A stretch of 64,000 nt of DNA, taken from the human T2T-CHM13v2.0 reference genome, Homo sapiens. The notes beneath the pieces were generated by a model that had not been told where the DNA came from, did not search any database, and was given only the letters and a program-made list of their open reading frames with translations. The translations under genes and the position numbers were made by a program. The DNA is taken from NCBI RefSeq assembly GCF_009914755.1, contig NC_060938.1. One strand, written 5' to 3'. Shown here piece by piece: positions 21,941 to 44,947 of this stretch (within the stretch, counting starts at the first letter, position 1; every line of letters starts with the position of its first letter).

Positions 21941-24900
21941 ACACATCTCTGAACTGATCAACAAAGTGATGTAACACTTGTCTAGGCTCTGCCTACAAGG
22001 GCTTTGTGACATATCTCTGCACTGATCACCCAGGTGATGGGACTTTTGTGTAGTCTCTGCCTATGGGGGCATTGTGACATATCTCTACACTGATCACCCA
22101 GGTGATGTAACTCTTGTGTTGGATCTGCCTATGGGGGCATTGTGACATATTTCTGCACTGATCACCCAAGTGATGAGACACTTTTCTAGTCTCTGTGTAT
22201 GGGGTCTTTGTGACATAGCTCTGCACTGATCACCCAGGTGATGTAACGCTTGACTAGGCTCTGCCTACAGGGTATAGTGACATATCACCGCTTTAATCAC
22301 CGAGGTGATGTAACTCTTGTCCAGGCTCTGCCTATAGGGGGCCTTGTGACATAACTCTGCACTGATCTTCTACGTGATGGGACCCTTCTCTAGGCTCTGC
22401 TTACTGGGGGCATTGTCATAAATTTCTGCACTGATCACTCAGGTGATGGAATCATGTCTTGGATTTGCCTTATGGGTGCTCTGTGACATATCTCTGCACT
22501 GATCATCCAGGTGATGTAACTCTGGTCTAAGCTCTGCCTTAAGGGGCATTGTGACAGATCTCTGCACTGATCACTCAGGTGATGTGACAATTGTCTAGGC
22601 TCTGCTTAAAGGGGAATGGTCACATATCTCTGCATTGATCACCCTGGTGATCTAACTCTGGTCTGGCTCTGCTTTCAGGGGGTACTGTGACATATCTCTG
22701 CACTGATCACCTAAGTGATGTAACAATTTTGTAGGCTCTGCCTACAGGGGCATTTTGACATATCTCTGCACTGTTAACCGAGGTGATGTAACTGTTGTCG
22801 AGGCTGTGCCCACAGGGGGATTGAGACATATCTCTGCACTGATCCCGAGGTGATCCAACTCTTGCCTGGTGTCTGCCTACTGGGGACATTGTGACATATT
22901 TCTGCACTGATCTCCCAGGTGCTGTAACTTTAGTCTAGGTTCTGGCTACAAGGCATTTTGACATTTCACTGCACTGATCACCCAGGTGATATAACTCTTG
23001 TCTAGGCTCTGCCTACAGGGGTCTTGTGACATATCTCTGCACTGATCACCCAGGTGATATAACTCTTCTCTAGGATCTGTCTACAGGGTGCTTTGTGACA
23101 TATCCCTGCAATGATCAACCAGGTGATATACCACTTGCCAAGGCTCTGCCTAAAGGGGCATTGCGATGTATCTCTGCACTGATCACCTAGGTCATGTAAC
23201 ACTTGTCTAGGCTCTGCCTACATTGGCATTGTGACATATCTTTGCAGTGATCACCCAGGTGATGTATCTGTTTTCTAAGATCTGCCTACAGGGTGCTTTG
23301 TGACATATCCCTGCAATGATCACCCAGGTGATGTACCACTTGTCAAGGCTCTGCCTACAAGGACATTGCGATGTATCTCTGCACTGATCACCTAGGTCAT
23401 GTAACCGTTTTCTAGGCTCTGGGTTGAGTGGCATTGTGACATATCTCTGCACTGATCATCCAAGTGATTTAACTCCTGTCTAGGATCTGCCTAAAGGGAA
23501 TTTGTGACATAACTCTTCACTGATCATCCAGTTGAAGGGGTTTTTGTCTAGGCTCTGCCTAAGGGGGCATTGTGACATGTTTCGGCACTGATCACCCAGG
23601 TGATGGACTCTTGTCTTGGATCTGCCTATGGGGGCATTGTGACATATCTCTGCACTGATCACCCAGGTGATGTAACGTTTGTATAAGCTCTGCCGACAGG
23701 GGAATTGTGAGAGATCTCGCCACTGATCACCGAAGTGATGTAACTATTGTCTAGGCTTTGCCTACTGGGGGCTTATTGACATACGTTTGCACTGATCACC
23801 AAGGTGATGTAACTCATCTAAGTTCTGCCTACAGGAGCTTTGTGACATATCTCTGCACTGATCACTTATGTGATGTAACACTTTTGTAAGCACTGCCTAC
23901 AGGAAATTTTGACAACTCTTTGCACTGATCACCTAGGTGATGTAACTCTTGTCTACCCTCTGCCCAAAGGGGGCATTGTGAAATATCTCTGCACTGATCA
24001 CCCAGGTGATTCAAATCTTGTCTAGGATCTGCCTATAGGGGGTATTGTGAAATATCTCTGCACTGATCAGCTAGGTGATGTAACTTTGTCTAGGCTCTGC
24101 CTACAGGAGCGTTTTCCCATATCCCTGAACTGATGACAAAGGTGATGTAACTCTTGCCTAGGCTTTGCCTACAGGGGACATTGTGACATATATCTGCACT
24201 GATCACCCAGGTGATGCAACTCTTCTCTATGCTCTGCCTACAGAGGACATAGTGACATATCTCTGCACTGATCACCCAGGTGATGTAACCCTTTTCAAGT
24301 CTCTGCCTACAGAGGGCGTTGTGACATCACTCTGCACGGATCACCCGGGTTATGTAAGTGTTGTCTAGGCTCTGCCTATTGGGGCATTGTGACTTAACTC
24401 TGCACTGATTATCCAGGAGATGTGACTCTTTCCTAAGCTCTGCCTAGAGGAACATTGGGACATATCTCTGCACTGATCGCTGAGGTGATGTAAAACTGTC
24501 TAGGCTTTTCCTACAGTGGGATTTATGACATATCTCTGCACTGATCACCCAGGTGATGTAAGTCTTGTCTAGCCTCTGCTTACAGGGGGTATTGTGAGAT
24601 ATCTCTGCACTGATCACCGAGGTGATGTATCTCTTGTCTAGGCTCTGCCTACTGGAGACATTGTGACATATCTCCGCACTGATCACCCAGGTGATGTCAC
24701 TTTTTTCAAGGATATGGCTACAGGGACATTATGACATGTTACTGCACTGATCACACAGCTGATGTAACACTTGTTTAGGCTCTGGGTATAGGGGGCTTGT
24801 GACACATCTCTGCAGTGATCACCCAGGTGATGTAACCCTTGTCTAGGCTCTGACAAAATGGTGCATTGTGACATAACTCTTCACTGATCACTCAGGTGAT

Positions 24901-27900
24901 GGGACTCTTGTCTAGGCTCTGCCTACAGGAGCATTGTGACATATCTCTGCAGTGATCATGCAGATGATGTAACTCTTGCCTATATCTGCCTACTGGCGGC
25001 ATTGTGGCATATTTCTGCACTGATCAACCAGGTGATGGACTCTTGTCTTGGATCTGCCTATTGGGGCATAGTGACATATCTCTGCACTGATCACTCATGT
25101 GACGTAACGCTTGTCTAAGCTGCGCCTAAAGGGGAATTGTGACAGAGATCTCCACTGATCACCCAGGTGATGTAACAATTTTCTGGGACTTGTCTGCAGG
25201 GGGCTTTGTGACATATCTTTGCATTGATCACCCAGGAGATTTAACTCTTGTCTAGGCTCGGCCTACAGGGGTTTTGTGACATATTTCTGTACTGATCACC
25301 CAGGTAATATAACTGTTGTCTGGATTCCACGTACATGGGGTATTGTGACGTATCTCTGCACAGATTATCGAGGTGATGTAACATTTATCTAGGCTCTCCC
25401 TGCAGGGGCGTTTTGACATAGCTCTGCACAGATCACCTAGGTTATGTATCACTTGTCCACGCTCTGCCTGCAGGTGCGTTGTGAAATATCTCTGCACTCA
25501 TCACCCAGGTGATGGGACTCTTCTCTATACTCTGCCTAGTGGGGGTTTGTGATATATCTCTGCACTGATCACCCAGGTAATGGAATTCTTGTCTAGGACC
25601 TGTCTTTGGGGGCATGGTGTCAAATATCTGCACTGATCACCCAGGTGATGTAACTCTTTTCTAGGCTCTGTCTACAGGGATTTTTGTGACATACCACTGC
25701 AGTGATCACCTAGCTGATGTAAGTCTTGTATGAGCTTTGCTTACAGAAGGATTTGTGACATATCTATGTACTGATCTCTGAGATGATGCAACTCTTGTCT
25801 AGGCACTGCCTACAGGGGACATTGGTACATATCTCTACACTGATCACCCAGTTGATGGACTCTTGTCTTAGATCTGCCTACATGGACATTGTGACACATC
25901 TCTGAACTGATCAACCAAGTGATGAAACCCTTGTCTAGCCGCTGCCTACAGGGGCTATGTGACACATCACTGCTTTGATCACCCTGCGGCGGGAACTCTT
26001 GTCTACGCTCTGCCAATAGTAGTTTTATGACTTATACCTGCACTGATAACCTAGGTGAAGTAACACTTGTCTAGGCCCTGTTTACACGGAAATTCTCACA
26101 TATCTCTGCACTGATCACCCAGGTGAAGTAACTCCTGTCTAGGTTCAGCCTATAGGACCGTTTTGACATACCTCTGTGCTGATCACTGAGGTGATGTTAC
26201 CCTTGTCAAAGCTCTGCCTACAGGGGCATTGTGACAGATCTCTCCACTGCTCACCCAGGTGATGTAACAATTGTCAGGGCTTTGCCTACAAGGGACTTTG
26301 TGATATACATTTCCACTGATCAAACAGGTGATGTAACCCTTGTCAAGGTTCTGTTTACAGGGGCTTTGTGACATATCTCTGCACTGATCACCCCAGGGAG
26401 GAAACAATTTTCTACACTCTACCTACAGGAGGCTTTACAACTCTTGTCTATGCTCTGCATACGTGGGCATTGTGACTTATCTCTGCACTGATCACCCAAG
26501 ACACGTGACACTTGTCTGAGCTCTGCCTAGAGGGACATCAGGACGTATCTCTGAACTGATCGCTGAGGTGATGTAAAATTGTCTAGGCTTGCCTAGGCTT
26601 GCCTACAGTGGGATTTATGACGTATCTCTGCACTAATCAGCCACGTGATGTAACTCTTTTCTAGGCTCTGCTTACAGGGGGTATTGTGAGATATCTCTGC
26701 ACTGATCAGCCAGGTGATGTAACTGTTGTCTGGGCTCTGCCTACAGGGGTATTTTAACATATCACTGCACTGATGACCGAGATGATGTAACTCTTGTATA
26801 GGCTTCGCCGACAGGGGGCATTGAGATATATCTCTGAACTGATCACCGAGGTGATGCAACTCTTTCTGGGATCTGCTTACAGGGGTCATTGTGACACATC
26901 TCTGCCCTGATCACCCAGGTGATGTAACTCTTGTCTAGGCTCTGCCTAATGGAGATCTTGTGACATATCTCCGCACTGATCACCCAGGTGATGTCACTTT
27001 TGTCAAGGATATGGCTACAGGGACATTGAGACATGTCACTGCACTGATCACACAGCTGTTGTAACACTTGTCAACGCTCTGGCTACAGGGGGCTTGTGAC
27101 ACATCTCTGCACTGATCACCCAGGTGATGTAACCCTTATCTAGGCCTGCCAAAAGGGGGCATTGTGACATAACTCTGCACTGATCACCCAGGTGATGGGA
27201 CTCTTGTCTACGCTCTGCCTACTGGGGTTTTGTGACATATCTCTGCAGTGATCACGCAGGTGATGTAACTCTTGTCTATATCTGCCTACTGGCGGCATTG
27301 TGGCATATTTCTGCACTGATCACCCAGGTGATGGACTCTTGTCTTGGATCTGCCTATGGGGGCATAGTGACATGTCTCTGCACTGATCACTTATGTGATG
27401 TAATGCTTGTCTAAGCTGCGCCTAAAGGGGAATTGTGACAGATATCTCCACTGATCACCCAGGTAATGTAACAATTTTCTGGGATTTGTCTACAGGGAGC
27501 TTTGTGACATACCTTTGCATTGATCACCCAGGAGATGTAACTCTTGTCTAGGCTCGGCCTACAGGGGCTTTGTGACATATTTCAGCACTGATAACCCAGG
27601 TGATGTAACTCTTGTTTAGGCTCTGCCTACAGGGGTTTTGTGACATATTTCTGCACTGATCACCCAGGTGATGTAACTCTTGTCTAGGCTACACCTACAG
27701 GGGCTACTGTGACGTATATGCACAGATCACCCAGGTGATGTAACATTTATCTATGCTCTGCCAACAGGTACGTTGTGACACAGGTCTGCACAGATCACCT
27801 AGTTTATGTCACTCTTGTCCACTCTCTTCCTACAGGGGGCATTGTGAAATATCTCTGCACTGATCACCCAGGTGATGGGACCGTTCTCTATACTCTGCCT

Positions 27901-28788
27901 AGAGGGGGTATGTGACATATCTCTGCACTGATCACCCAGGTGATGGAAGTCTTGTCTAGGCTCTGTCTATGGGGGCATTGTGTCAAATATCTGCACTGAT
28001 CACCCAGGTGATGTAACTCTTTTCGAGGCTCTATCTTTGGGGGCATTGTGTCAAATATCTGCACTGATCACCCAGGTGATGTAACTGTTTCTAGGCTCTG
28101 TCTATAGGGATTTTTGTGACATATCACTGCACTGATCACCTAGGTGTTGTAAGCCTTGTATGGACTTTGCCTACAGAAGGCTTTGTGACATATCTATGCA
28201 ATGATCTCTGAGGTGATGCAACTCTTGTCTAGGCCCAACCTACAGGGCCATTGGTACATATCTCTTCACTGATCACCCAGGTGATGGACTCTTGTCTTAG
28301 ATCTGCCTACATGGACATTGTGACACATCTCTGAACTGATCAACCAAGTGATGAAACTCTTGTATAGGCTCTGCTACAGGGGCTTTGTGACATATCTATG
28401 CACTCATCACCCCAGAGAGGAATCACTTGTCTACACTCTGCCTAAAGGAGGCTTTACGAATTACCCCTGCAATGATCACTGGGTGATGTAACACTTGTCT
28501 AGGCTCTGTCTACATGGGAATTTTCACATATCTCTACACTGATCACCTAAGTGATGTAACCCTTGTCTAGGTTCAGCTTACTGGGGATTTCTGACATACC
28601 TATGCACTGATCACCGAGGTGATGTAAATCATTTCCATGCTTTTTGTACAGGGGACATTGTTATTTATCTCTGTGCTGAACACCCAAATGATGCAAATCT
28701 TCTCTAAGCTCTGCAGGGAGGGGGCATTGTGACATATTTCTGAACTGATCATCCAGGAGATGTAACTATTCTACAGGCTTTGACTAAA
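21941..28788 (-). repeat. Beta-satellite array (longest; contains two partial rounds of the monomer series)
   Basis: 68-bp monomers; series restarts near 26438. Confidence 0.96.
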
Positions 28789-31555
<2,767 letters not shown>

Positions 31556-34500
31556 ACACATCTCTGAACTGATCAACAAAGTGATGTAACTTTTGTCTAG
31601 GCTCTGCCTACTGGGGCTTTGTGATATATCTCTTCACTGATCACCCAGGTGATGGGACGTTTGTCTAGGCTCTGCCTATGGTGGCATTGTGACATATCTC
31701 TACATTGATCACCCAGGTGATGTAACTCTTGTGTTGGATCTGCCTATGGGGGCATTGTGACATATTTCTGCACTGATCACTCAGGTGATGGGTCTCTTGT
31801 CTAGGATTTGTGTATGGGGGCTTTGTGACATATCTCTGCACTGATCACCCACGTGATGTAACGCTTGACTAGGCTCTGCCTATGGGGTATAATAACATAT
31901 CACTGCATTGATCACCAAAGTGATGTAACTCCTGTCCAAGCTCTGCCTATAGGGGTCCTTGTGACATATCTCTGCATTGATCATCTTGGTGATGTAACTC
32001 TTGTTTACGCTCTGCCTGCAGGGGCATTGTGAAATATCTCTGCACTGATTACCCAGGTGATGGGACTCTTCTATAGGCTCTGCCTACTGGGGGCATTGTC
32101 ACATATTTCTGCACTGATCACCCAGGTGACGGACCCTTGTCTTGGATTTGCCTATGGGGGCATTGTGACATATCTCTGCACTGATCAACCAGGTGATGTA
32201 ACTCTGCTATAAGCTCTGCCTAAAGGGGCATTGTGACATATATCTGCAAGGATCACTCAGGTGATGTAAGTATTGTCTAGGCTCTGCTTAAAGGGGCCTT
32301 GTCACATATCTCTGCACTGATCACGCAGGTGATATAACTCTTGTCCAGGCTCTGCTAACAGGGGATCTTGTGACATATCTCTGCACTGATCACCTAAGTG
32401 ATGTAACACTGGTGTAGGCTCTGCCTACAGGGAAATTATGACATATCTCTGCACTGTTAACCGAAGTGATGTAACTCTTGTCTAGGCTGTGCCCACAGGG
32501 GGATTGAGACATATCTCTGCACTGATCCCGAGGTGATCCAACTCTTGCCTGGTGTCTGTCTACTGGGGACATTGTGACACATCTCTGCACTGATCTCGCA
32601 GGGGCTGTAACTTTAGTCTAGGCTCTGGCTACACGGCATTGTGACATATCACTGCACTGATCACCCAGGTGATATAATTCTTGTCTAGGCTCTGCCTACA
32701 GGGGGCTTGTGACATATCTCTGCACTGATCACCCGGGTTTTATATCTTTCCTCTAGGATCTGCGTACAGGGTGCTTTGTGACATATCCCTGCAGTGATCA
32801 CCCAGGTGATATACCTCTTGTCAAGTCTCTGCCTACAGGGACATTACGATGTATCTCTGCACTGAGTACCTGGGTAATGTAACACTTGTCTAGGCTCTGC
32901 CTACAGTGGCATTGTGACATATCTCTGCACTGATCATCCAAGTGATGTAACTCTTGTCTAGGGTCGGCCTAAAGGGAGTCTGTGACATAACTCTGCACTG
33001 ATCATACAGGTGATGGGGCTTTTGTCTAGGCTCTGCCTAAGGGGGCATTGTGACATATTTCTGCACTGATCACCCAGGTGACGGACTCTTGTCTTGGATC
33101 TGCCTATGGGGGCATTGTGACATATCTCTGCACTGATCACCCAGGTGATGTAAATGTTGTATAAGCTCTGCCTACAGGGGAATTCTGAGAGATCTCTCCA
33201 CTGATCACCCAAATGTTGGAACTATTGTCTATGCTTTGCCTACAGGGGACATTGTGACATATCTCTGCACTGATCACCCAGGTGATGCAACTCTTCTCTA
33301 TGCTCTGCCTACAGGGGACATTGTGACACATCCCTGCACTGATCACCCAGGTAATGCAACTCGTCTCTATTCTCTGCCTACAGGGGGCATTGCGACATAT
33401 CTCTGCACTGATCACCGAGGTGATGTAACTCTTTTCTAGTCTCTGCCTACAGAGGTCGTTGTGACATCACTCTGCACGGATCACCCGGGTTATGTAACTC
33501 TTGTCTACCCTCTGCCTATGGGGGCATTGTGACTTATCTCTGCACTGATCACCCAGGAGATGTGACTCCTGTCTAAGCTCTGCCTAGAGGGACATTGGGA
33601 CATATCTCTGCACTGATCGCTGAGGTGATGTAAAACTTGTCTAGGCTTTGCCTACAGTGGAATTTAGAACATATCTCTGCACTGATCACCCAGGTTATGT
33701 AACTTTTGTCTAGGCTCTGCCTACAGGGGCATTTTAACATATCACTGCACTGATCACCGAGGTGGTGTAACTCATGTATAGGCTTCGCCGACAGGGGGCA
33801 TTGAGACATCTCTGCACTGATCACCGAGGTGGTGTAACTCATGTATAGGCTTCGCCGACAGGGGGCATTGAGACATATCTCTGCACTGATCACCGAGGTG
33901 ATGCAACTATTGTCTGGGATCTGCTTAGAGGGGGCATTGTGACGTATTTCTGCCCTGATCACCCAGGTGATGTAACTCTTGACTAGGCTCTGCCTACTGG
34001 AGACATTGTGATATATCTCCGCACTGATCACCGAGGTGATGTTACTTTTGCCAAGGATATGGCTACATGGACATTGTGACATGTCACTGCACTGATCACA
34101 CAGCTGATGTAACGCTTGTCTAGGCTCTCGCTACAGGGGCATTTTGACATAACTCTGCACTGATCACCCAGCTGATGGGAGTCTTGTCTAGGGTCTGCCT
34201 ACAGGGGCATTGTGACATATCTCTGCAATGATCACGCAGCTGATTTAAGTCTTTTCTATATCTGCTTACTGGCAGCATTGTGGCATATTTCTGCACTGAT
34301 CACGCAGGTGATGAACTCTTGTCTTGGATCTGCCTATGGGGGCATAGTGACACAACTCTGCACTGATCACTCATGTGATGTAAGGCTTGTGTAAGCTGCG
34401 CCTAAAGGGGAATTGTGACAGATACCTCCACTGATCACCCAGATGATGTAACAACTTTCTGGGATTTGTCTACAGGGGGCTTTGTGACGTATCTTTGCAC

Positions 34501-36114
34501 TGATCACCTAGGAGATGTAACTCTTGTCCAGGCTCGGCCTACAGGGTCTTTGTGACACATTTCTGCACTGATAACCCAGGTGATGTAACTTTGTCTAGGC
34601 TCCGCCTACAGGGGCTTTGTTACATATCTCTGCAATGATCACCCAGTTGATGTATCTCTTGTCTAGGCTCCACATACAGGGGGTATTGTGACGTATCTCT
34701 GCACTTATCACCCAGCTGATGCAACATTTATCTAGGCTCTGCCTTCCGGGGCGTTTTGACATAGCTCTGCACAGATCACCTAGGTTATTTAACTCTTGCC
34801 CACTCTCTGCCTACAGGGGGAATTGGGAAATATCTCTGCACTTATCACCCAGGTGATGGAACTGTTCTCTATACTCTGTCTAGAGCGGGATTTGTAACAT
34901 ATCATTTCAATGATCACCCAGGTGATGGAAGTCTTTTATAGGCTCTGTCTATGGAGGCATTGTGTCAAATATCTGCACTGATCACCCAGGTGATGTAACT
35001 CTTTTCTAGGCTCTGTCTACAGGGATTTTTGTGAAACATCACTGCACTGATCACCTAGGTGATGTAAGCCTTGTATGGGCTTTTCCTACAGAAGGCTTTG
35101 TGACATATCTATGCACTGATCTCTGAGGTGATGCAAGTCGCGTCTAGGCACTGCCTACAGGGGAAATTGGTACATATCTCTGCACTGATCACCCAGGTGA
35201 TGGACTCTTGTCTTAGATCTGCCTACATGGACATTTTGACACATCTCTGAACTGATCAACCAAGTGATGAAACTCTTGTCTAGGCTCTGCCTACAGGGGC
35301 TTTGTGACAAATCTCTGCAATGATCACCCTGGTGAGGGAAGAGTTGTCTACGCTCTGCCTACAGGAGGCTTTATGACTTATGCCTGCACTGATAACCTAG
35401 GTGATGTAACAATTGTCTAGGCCCTGCCTACACGGGAATTCTCACAAATCTCTGCACTGATCACCCGGGTGATGTAACTCCTGTCTAGGTTCAGCCCAGA
35501 GGAGCCTTTTGACATATCTCTGCACTGATCACCCAGGTGATGTAACCCTTACCTAAGCTCTGCCTACAGGGACATTGTGACAGATCTCTCCACTGCTCAC
35601 CCAGGTGATGTAACAATAATCCGGGCTTTGCCTACTGGGGGCTTTATGATATACATTTCCACTGATCAAACAGGTGAAGTAAGACTTGTCAAAGTTCTGC
35701 TAATAGGGGCTTTGTGACATATCTCTGCACTGATCACCCCAGGGATGAAACACTTTTCTAAACTCTGCCTACAGGAGGCTTTACGACTTATCCCTGCACT
35801 GATCACTAGGTGACATAACACTTGTCTAGGCTCTGTCTACACGGGAGTTTTCACATATCTCTACACTGATCACCTAAAGGATGTAACCCTTGTCTAGGTT
35901 CAGCCTACTGGGGATTTCTGACATATCTATGCACTGATCACCGTGGTGATGTAAATCGTTCCCAGGCTTTTTGTACAGGGGACATTGTGATACATCTCTG
36001 CACTGATCACCCAAATGATGCAAATCTTCTCCAGGCTCCGCATGGAGGGGGCATTGTGACATATTTCTGAACTGATCATCCAGGAAATGTAACTATTCTC
36101 CATGCTTTGACTAA
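31556..36114 (-). repeat. Beta-satellite array
   Basis: 68-bp monomers; includes an exact single-monomer duplication at ~33745-33876. Confidence 0.96.
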
Positions 36115-38883
<2,769 letters not shown>

Positions 38884-41800
38884 ACACATCTCTGAACTGA
38901 TCAACAAAGTGATGTAACTCTTGTCTAGGCTCTGCCTACAGGGGCTTTGTGACATATCTCTGCACTGATCACCCAGGTGATGGGGCTCTTGTCTAGGCTC
39001 TGCCTATGGGGGCATTGTGACATATCTCTACACTGATCACCTTGGTGGTGTAACTCTTGTGTTGGATCTGCCTGTGGGGGCACTGTGACATATTTCTGCA
39101 CTGATCACCCAGGTGATGGGACTCTTGTCTAGGCTCTGTGTATGAGGGCTTTGGGTAATGCTTGACTAAGCTCTGCCTACGGGGTATAGTGACATATCAC
39201 TGCATTGATCACCGAGGTAGTGTAATTCTTGTCCAGGCTCTGCCTTTAGGGGGCCTTGTGACATATCTCTGCACTGATTATCTAGTTGATGTAACTCTTG
39301 CTTACGCTCTGCCTGCAGGGGCATTGTGAAATATCTCTGCACTGATCACCCAGGGGATGGGACCCTTCTCTTGGCTCTGCCTACTGGGGGCATTCTCACA
39401 TATTTCTGCAATGATCACCCAGGTGACAGACTCTTGTCTTGGATTTGCCTATGGGGGCATTGTGACATATCTCCGCACTGATCACCCACGTGATGTAACT
39501 CTTCTCTATGCTCTGCCTAAAGGGGCATTGTGACAGATCTCTGCACTGGTCACTCAGGTGATGTAACTATTTTCTAGGCTCTGCTTAAAGGGGCCTTGTC
39601 ACATATCTCTGCACTGATCACCCAGGTGATGTAACTCTTGTCTGGGCTCTGCTTACAGGGGGTATCGTGACATATCTCTGCACTGATCACCTTAGTGATG
39701 TAACATTTGTGTAGGTACTGCCTACAGGGGCATTTTGACATATCTCTGCACTGTTACCGAGGTGATGTAACTCTTTTCTAGGCTGTGCCCACAGGGGTAT
39801 TGAGACATATCTCTGCATTGATCCCGAGGTGATCCAACTCTTGCCTGGTCTCTGCCTACTGGGGACATTGTGACACATCTCTGCACTGATCTCCCACATG
39901 CTGTAACTTTAGTCTGGGCTCTGGCTACACGGCATTGTGACATATCACTGCACTGATCACTCAGGTGATAAAACTCTTGCCTAGGATCTGCGTATAGGGG
40001 GCTTGTGAAATATCTCTGCACTGATCACCCAGGTGATATAACCATTCTCTAGGATCTGCCTACAGGGTGCTTTGTGACATATCCCTGCAATGATCACCCA
40101 GGTGATATACCACTTGTCAAGGCTCTGCCTACAGGGGCATTGCGATGTATCTCTGCACTGATCACCTAGGTCATGGAACTCTTGTCTAGGCTCTGCCTAC
40201 AGTGGCATTGTGACATATCTCTGCACTGATCACCCAGGTGATGTCACTTTTGTCACGGATATGGCGTCAGGAACATTGTGACATGTCACTGCACTGATCA
40301 CACAGCTGATGTAACTCTTGTTTAGGCTCTGGCTAAGGGGGTTGTGACACATCTCTGCATTGATCACCCAGGTGATGTAACCCTTGTCTAGGCTCTGCCA
40401 AAATGGGGCATTGTGACATAACTCTGCACTAATCACTCAGGTGATGGGACTCTTGTCTAAGCTGCGCCTAATGGGGAATTGTGACAGATATCTCCACTGA
40501 TCACCCAGCTGATGTAACAATTTTCTGGGATTTGTGTACAGGGGGCTTTGTGACATATCTTTGCACTGATCACCCAGGAGATGTAACTCTTGTCTAGGCT
40601 CGGCCTAGAGGGGCTTTGTGACATATATTGGCACAGATCACCCTGGTGATGTAACACTTGTTTAGACTCTGCCTACAGGGGCTTTGTGACATATCTCTGT
40701 ACTGATCACCCAGGTGATGTGACTCTTGTCTAGGCTCCACCTACCGGGAGTATTGTGACGTATCTCTGCACTGATCACCCAGGTGATGTAACATTTATCT
40801 AGGCTCTGCCTACAGGGGCGTTTTGACATAGCTCTGCACAGTTCACCTAGGTTATGTAACTCTTGTCCACTCTCTGCCTACAGGGTCATTGTGAACAATC
40901 TCTGCACTGATCACCCAGGTGATGGGACTCTTCTCTATACTCTGCATAGAGGGTGATTTGTGACATATTTCTTCACTGATCATGCAGGTGATGGAAGTCT
41001 TGTCTAGGCTCTGTCTATGGGGGCATTCTGTCAAATATCTGCACTGATCACGAAGGTGACGTAACTCTTGTCTAGGCTCTGTCTACAGGGATTTTTGTGA
41101 CATATCACTGCACTGATCATCTAGGTGATGGAAGCCTCGTATGGGCTTTGCCTACAGAAGTGTTTGTGACATATCTATGCACTGATCTCTGAGGTGATGC
41201 AAGTCTTGTCTAGGCACTGCCTTCTGGGGCTATTGGTACATATCTCTGCACTGATCACCCAGGTGATGGAATCTTGTCTTAGATCTGCCTACATGGACAT
41301 TGTGACACATCTCTGAACTGATCAACCAAGTGATGAAACGCTTGTCTAGGCTCTGCCTACAGGGGCTTTGTGACACATCACTGCACTGATCACACTGGGG
41401 AGGGAACTCCTGTCTACGCTCTGCCTACAGGAGGCTTTATGACTTATACCTGCACTGATAACCTAGGTGATGTAACACTTGTCTAGGCTCTGCCTACACG
41501 GGAATTCTCACATATCTCTGCACTGATCAGCCAGGTGATGTAACTCCTGTCTAGGTTCAGCCTACAGGAGCGTTTTGACATATCTCTGCACTGAACACAC
41601 AGGTGATGTAACCGTTGTCTAAGCTCTGCCTACAGGGGCATTGTGACAGATCTCTGCACTGCTCACCCAGGTGATGTAACAATTGTCTGGGCTTTGCCTA
41701 GAGGGGGCTTTGTGATATACAATTCCACTGATCAAACAGGAGATGTAACCCTTGTCAAGGTTCTCCTTACAGTGGCTTTGTGACATATCTCTGCACTGAT

Positions 41801-42178
41801 CACCCCAGGGAGGAAACACTTGTCTACACTCTGCCTACAGGAGGCTTTACGACTAATCCCTGCACTGATCACTAGGTGATGTAACACTTGTCTAGGCTCT
41901 CTCTACATGGGAATTTTCACAAATCTCTACACTGGTCACCTAAGTGATGTAACCCTTGTGTAGGTTCAGCCTACTGGGGATTTCTCATACCTATGCACTG
42001 ATCACCGAAGTGATGTAAATCATTTCCAGGCTTTTTGTACAGGGGACATTGTGATATATCTCTGCACTGTTCACCCACATGATGCAAATCTTCTCTAGGC
42101 TCTGCAGGGAGGGGTCATTGTGACATATTTCTGAACCGATCATCCAGGAGATATAACTATTCTACAGACTTTGACGAA
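38884..42178 (-). repeat. Beta-satellite array
   Basis: 68-bp monomers. Confidence 0.96.
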
Positions 42179-44947
<2,769 letters not shown>

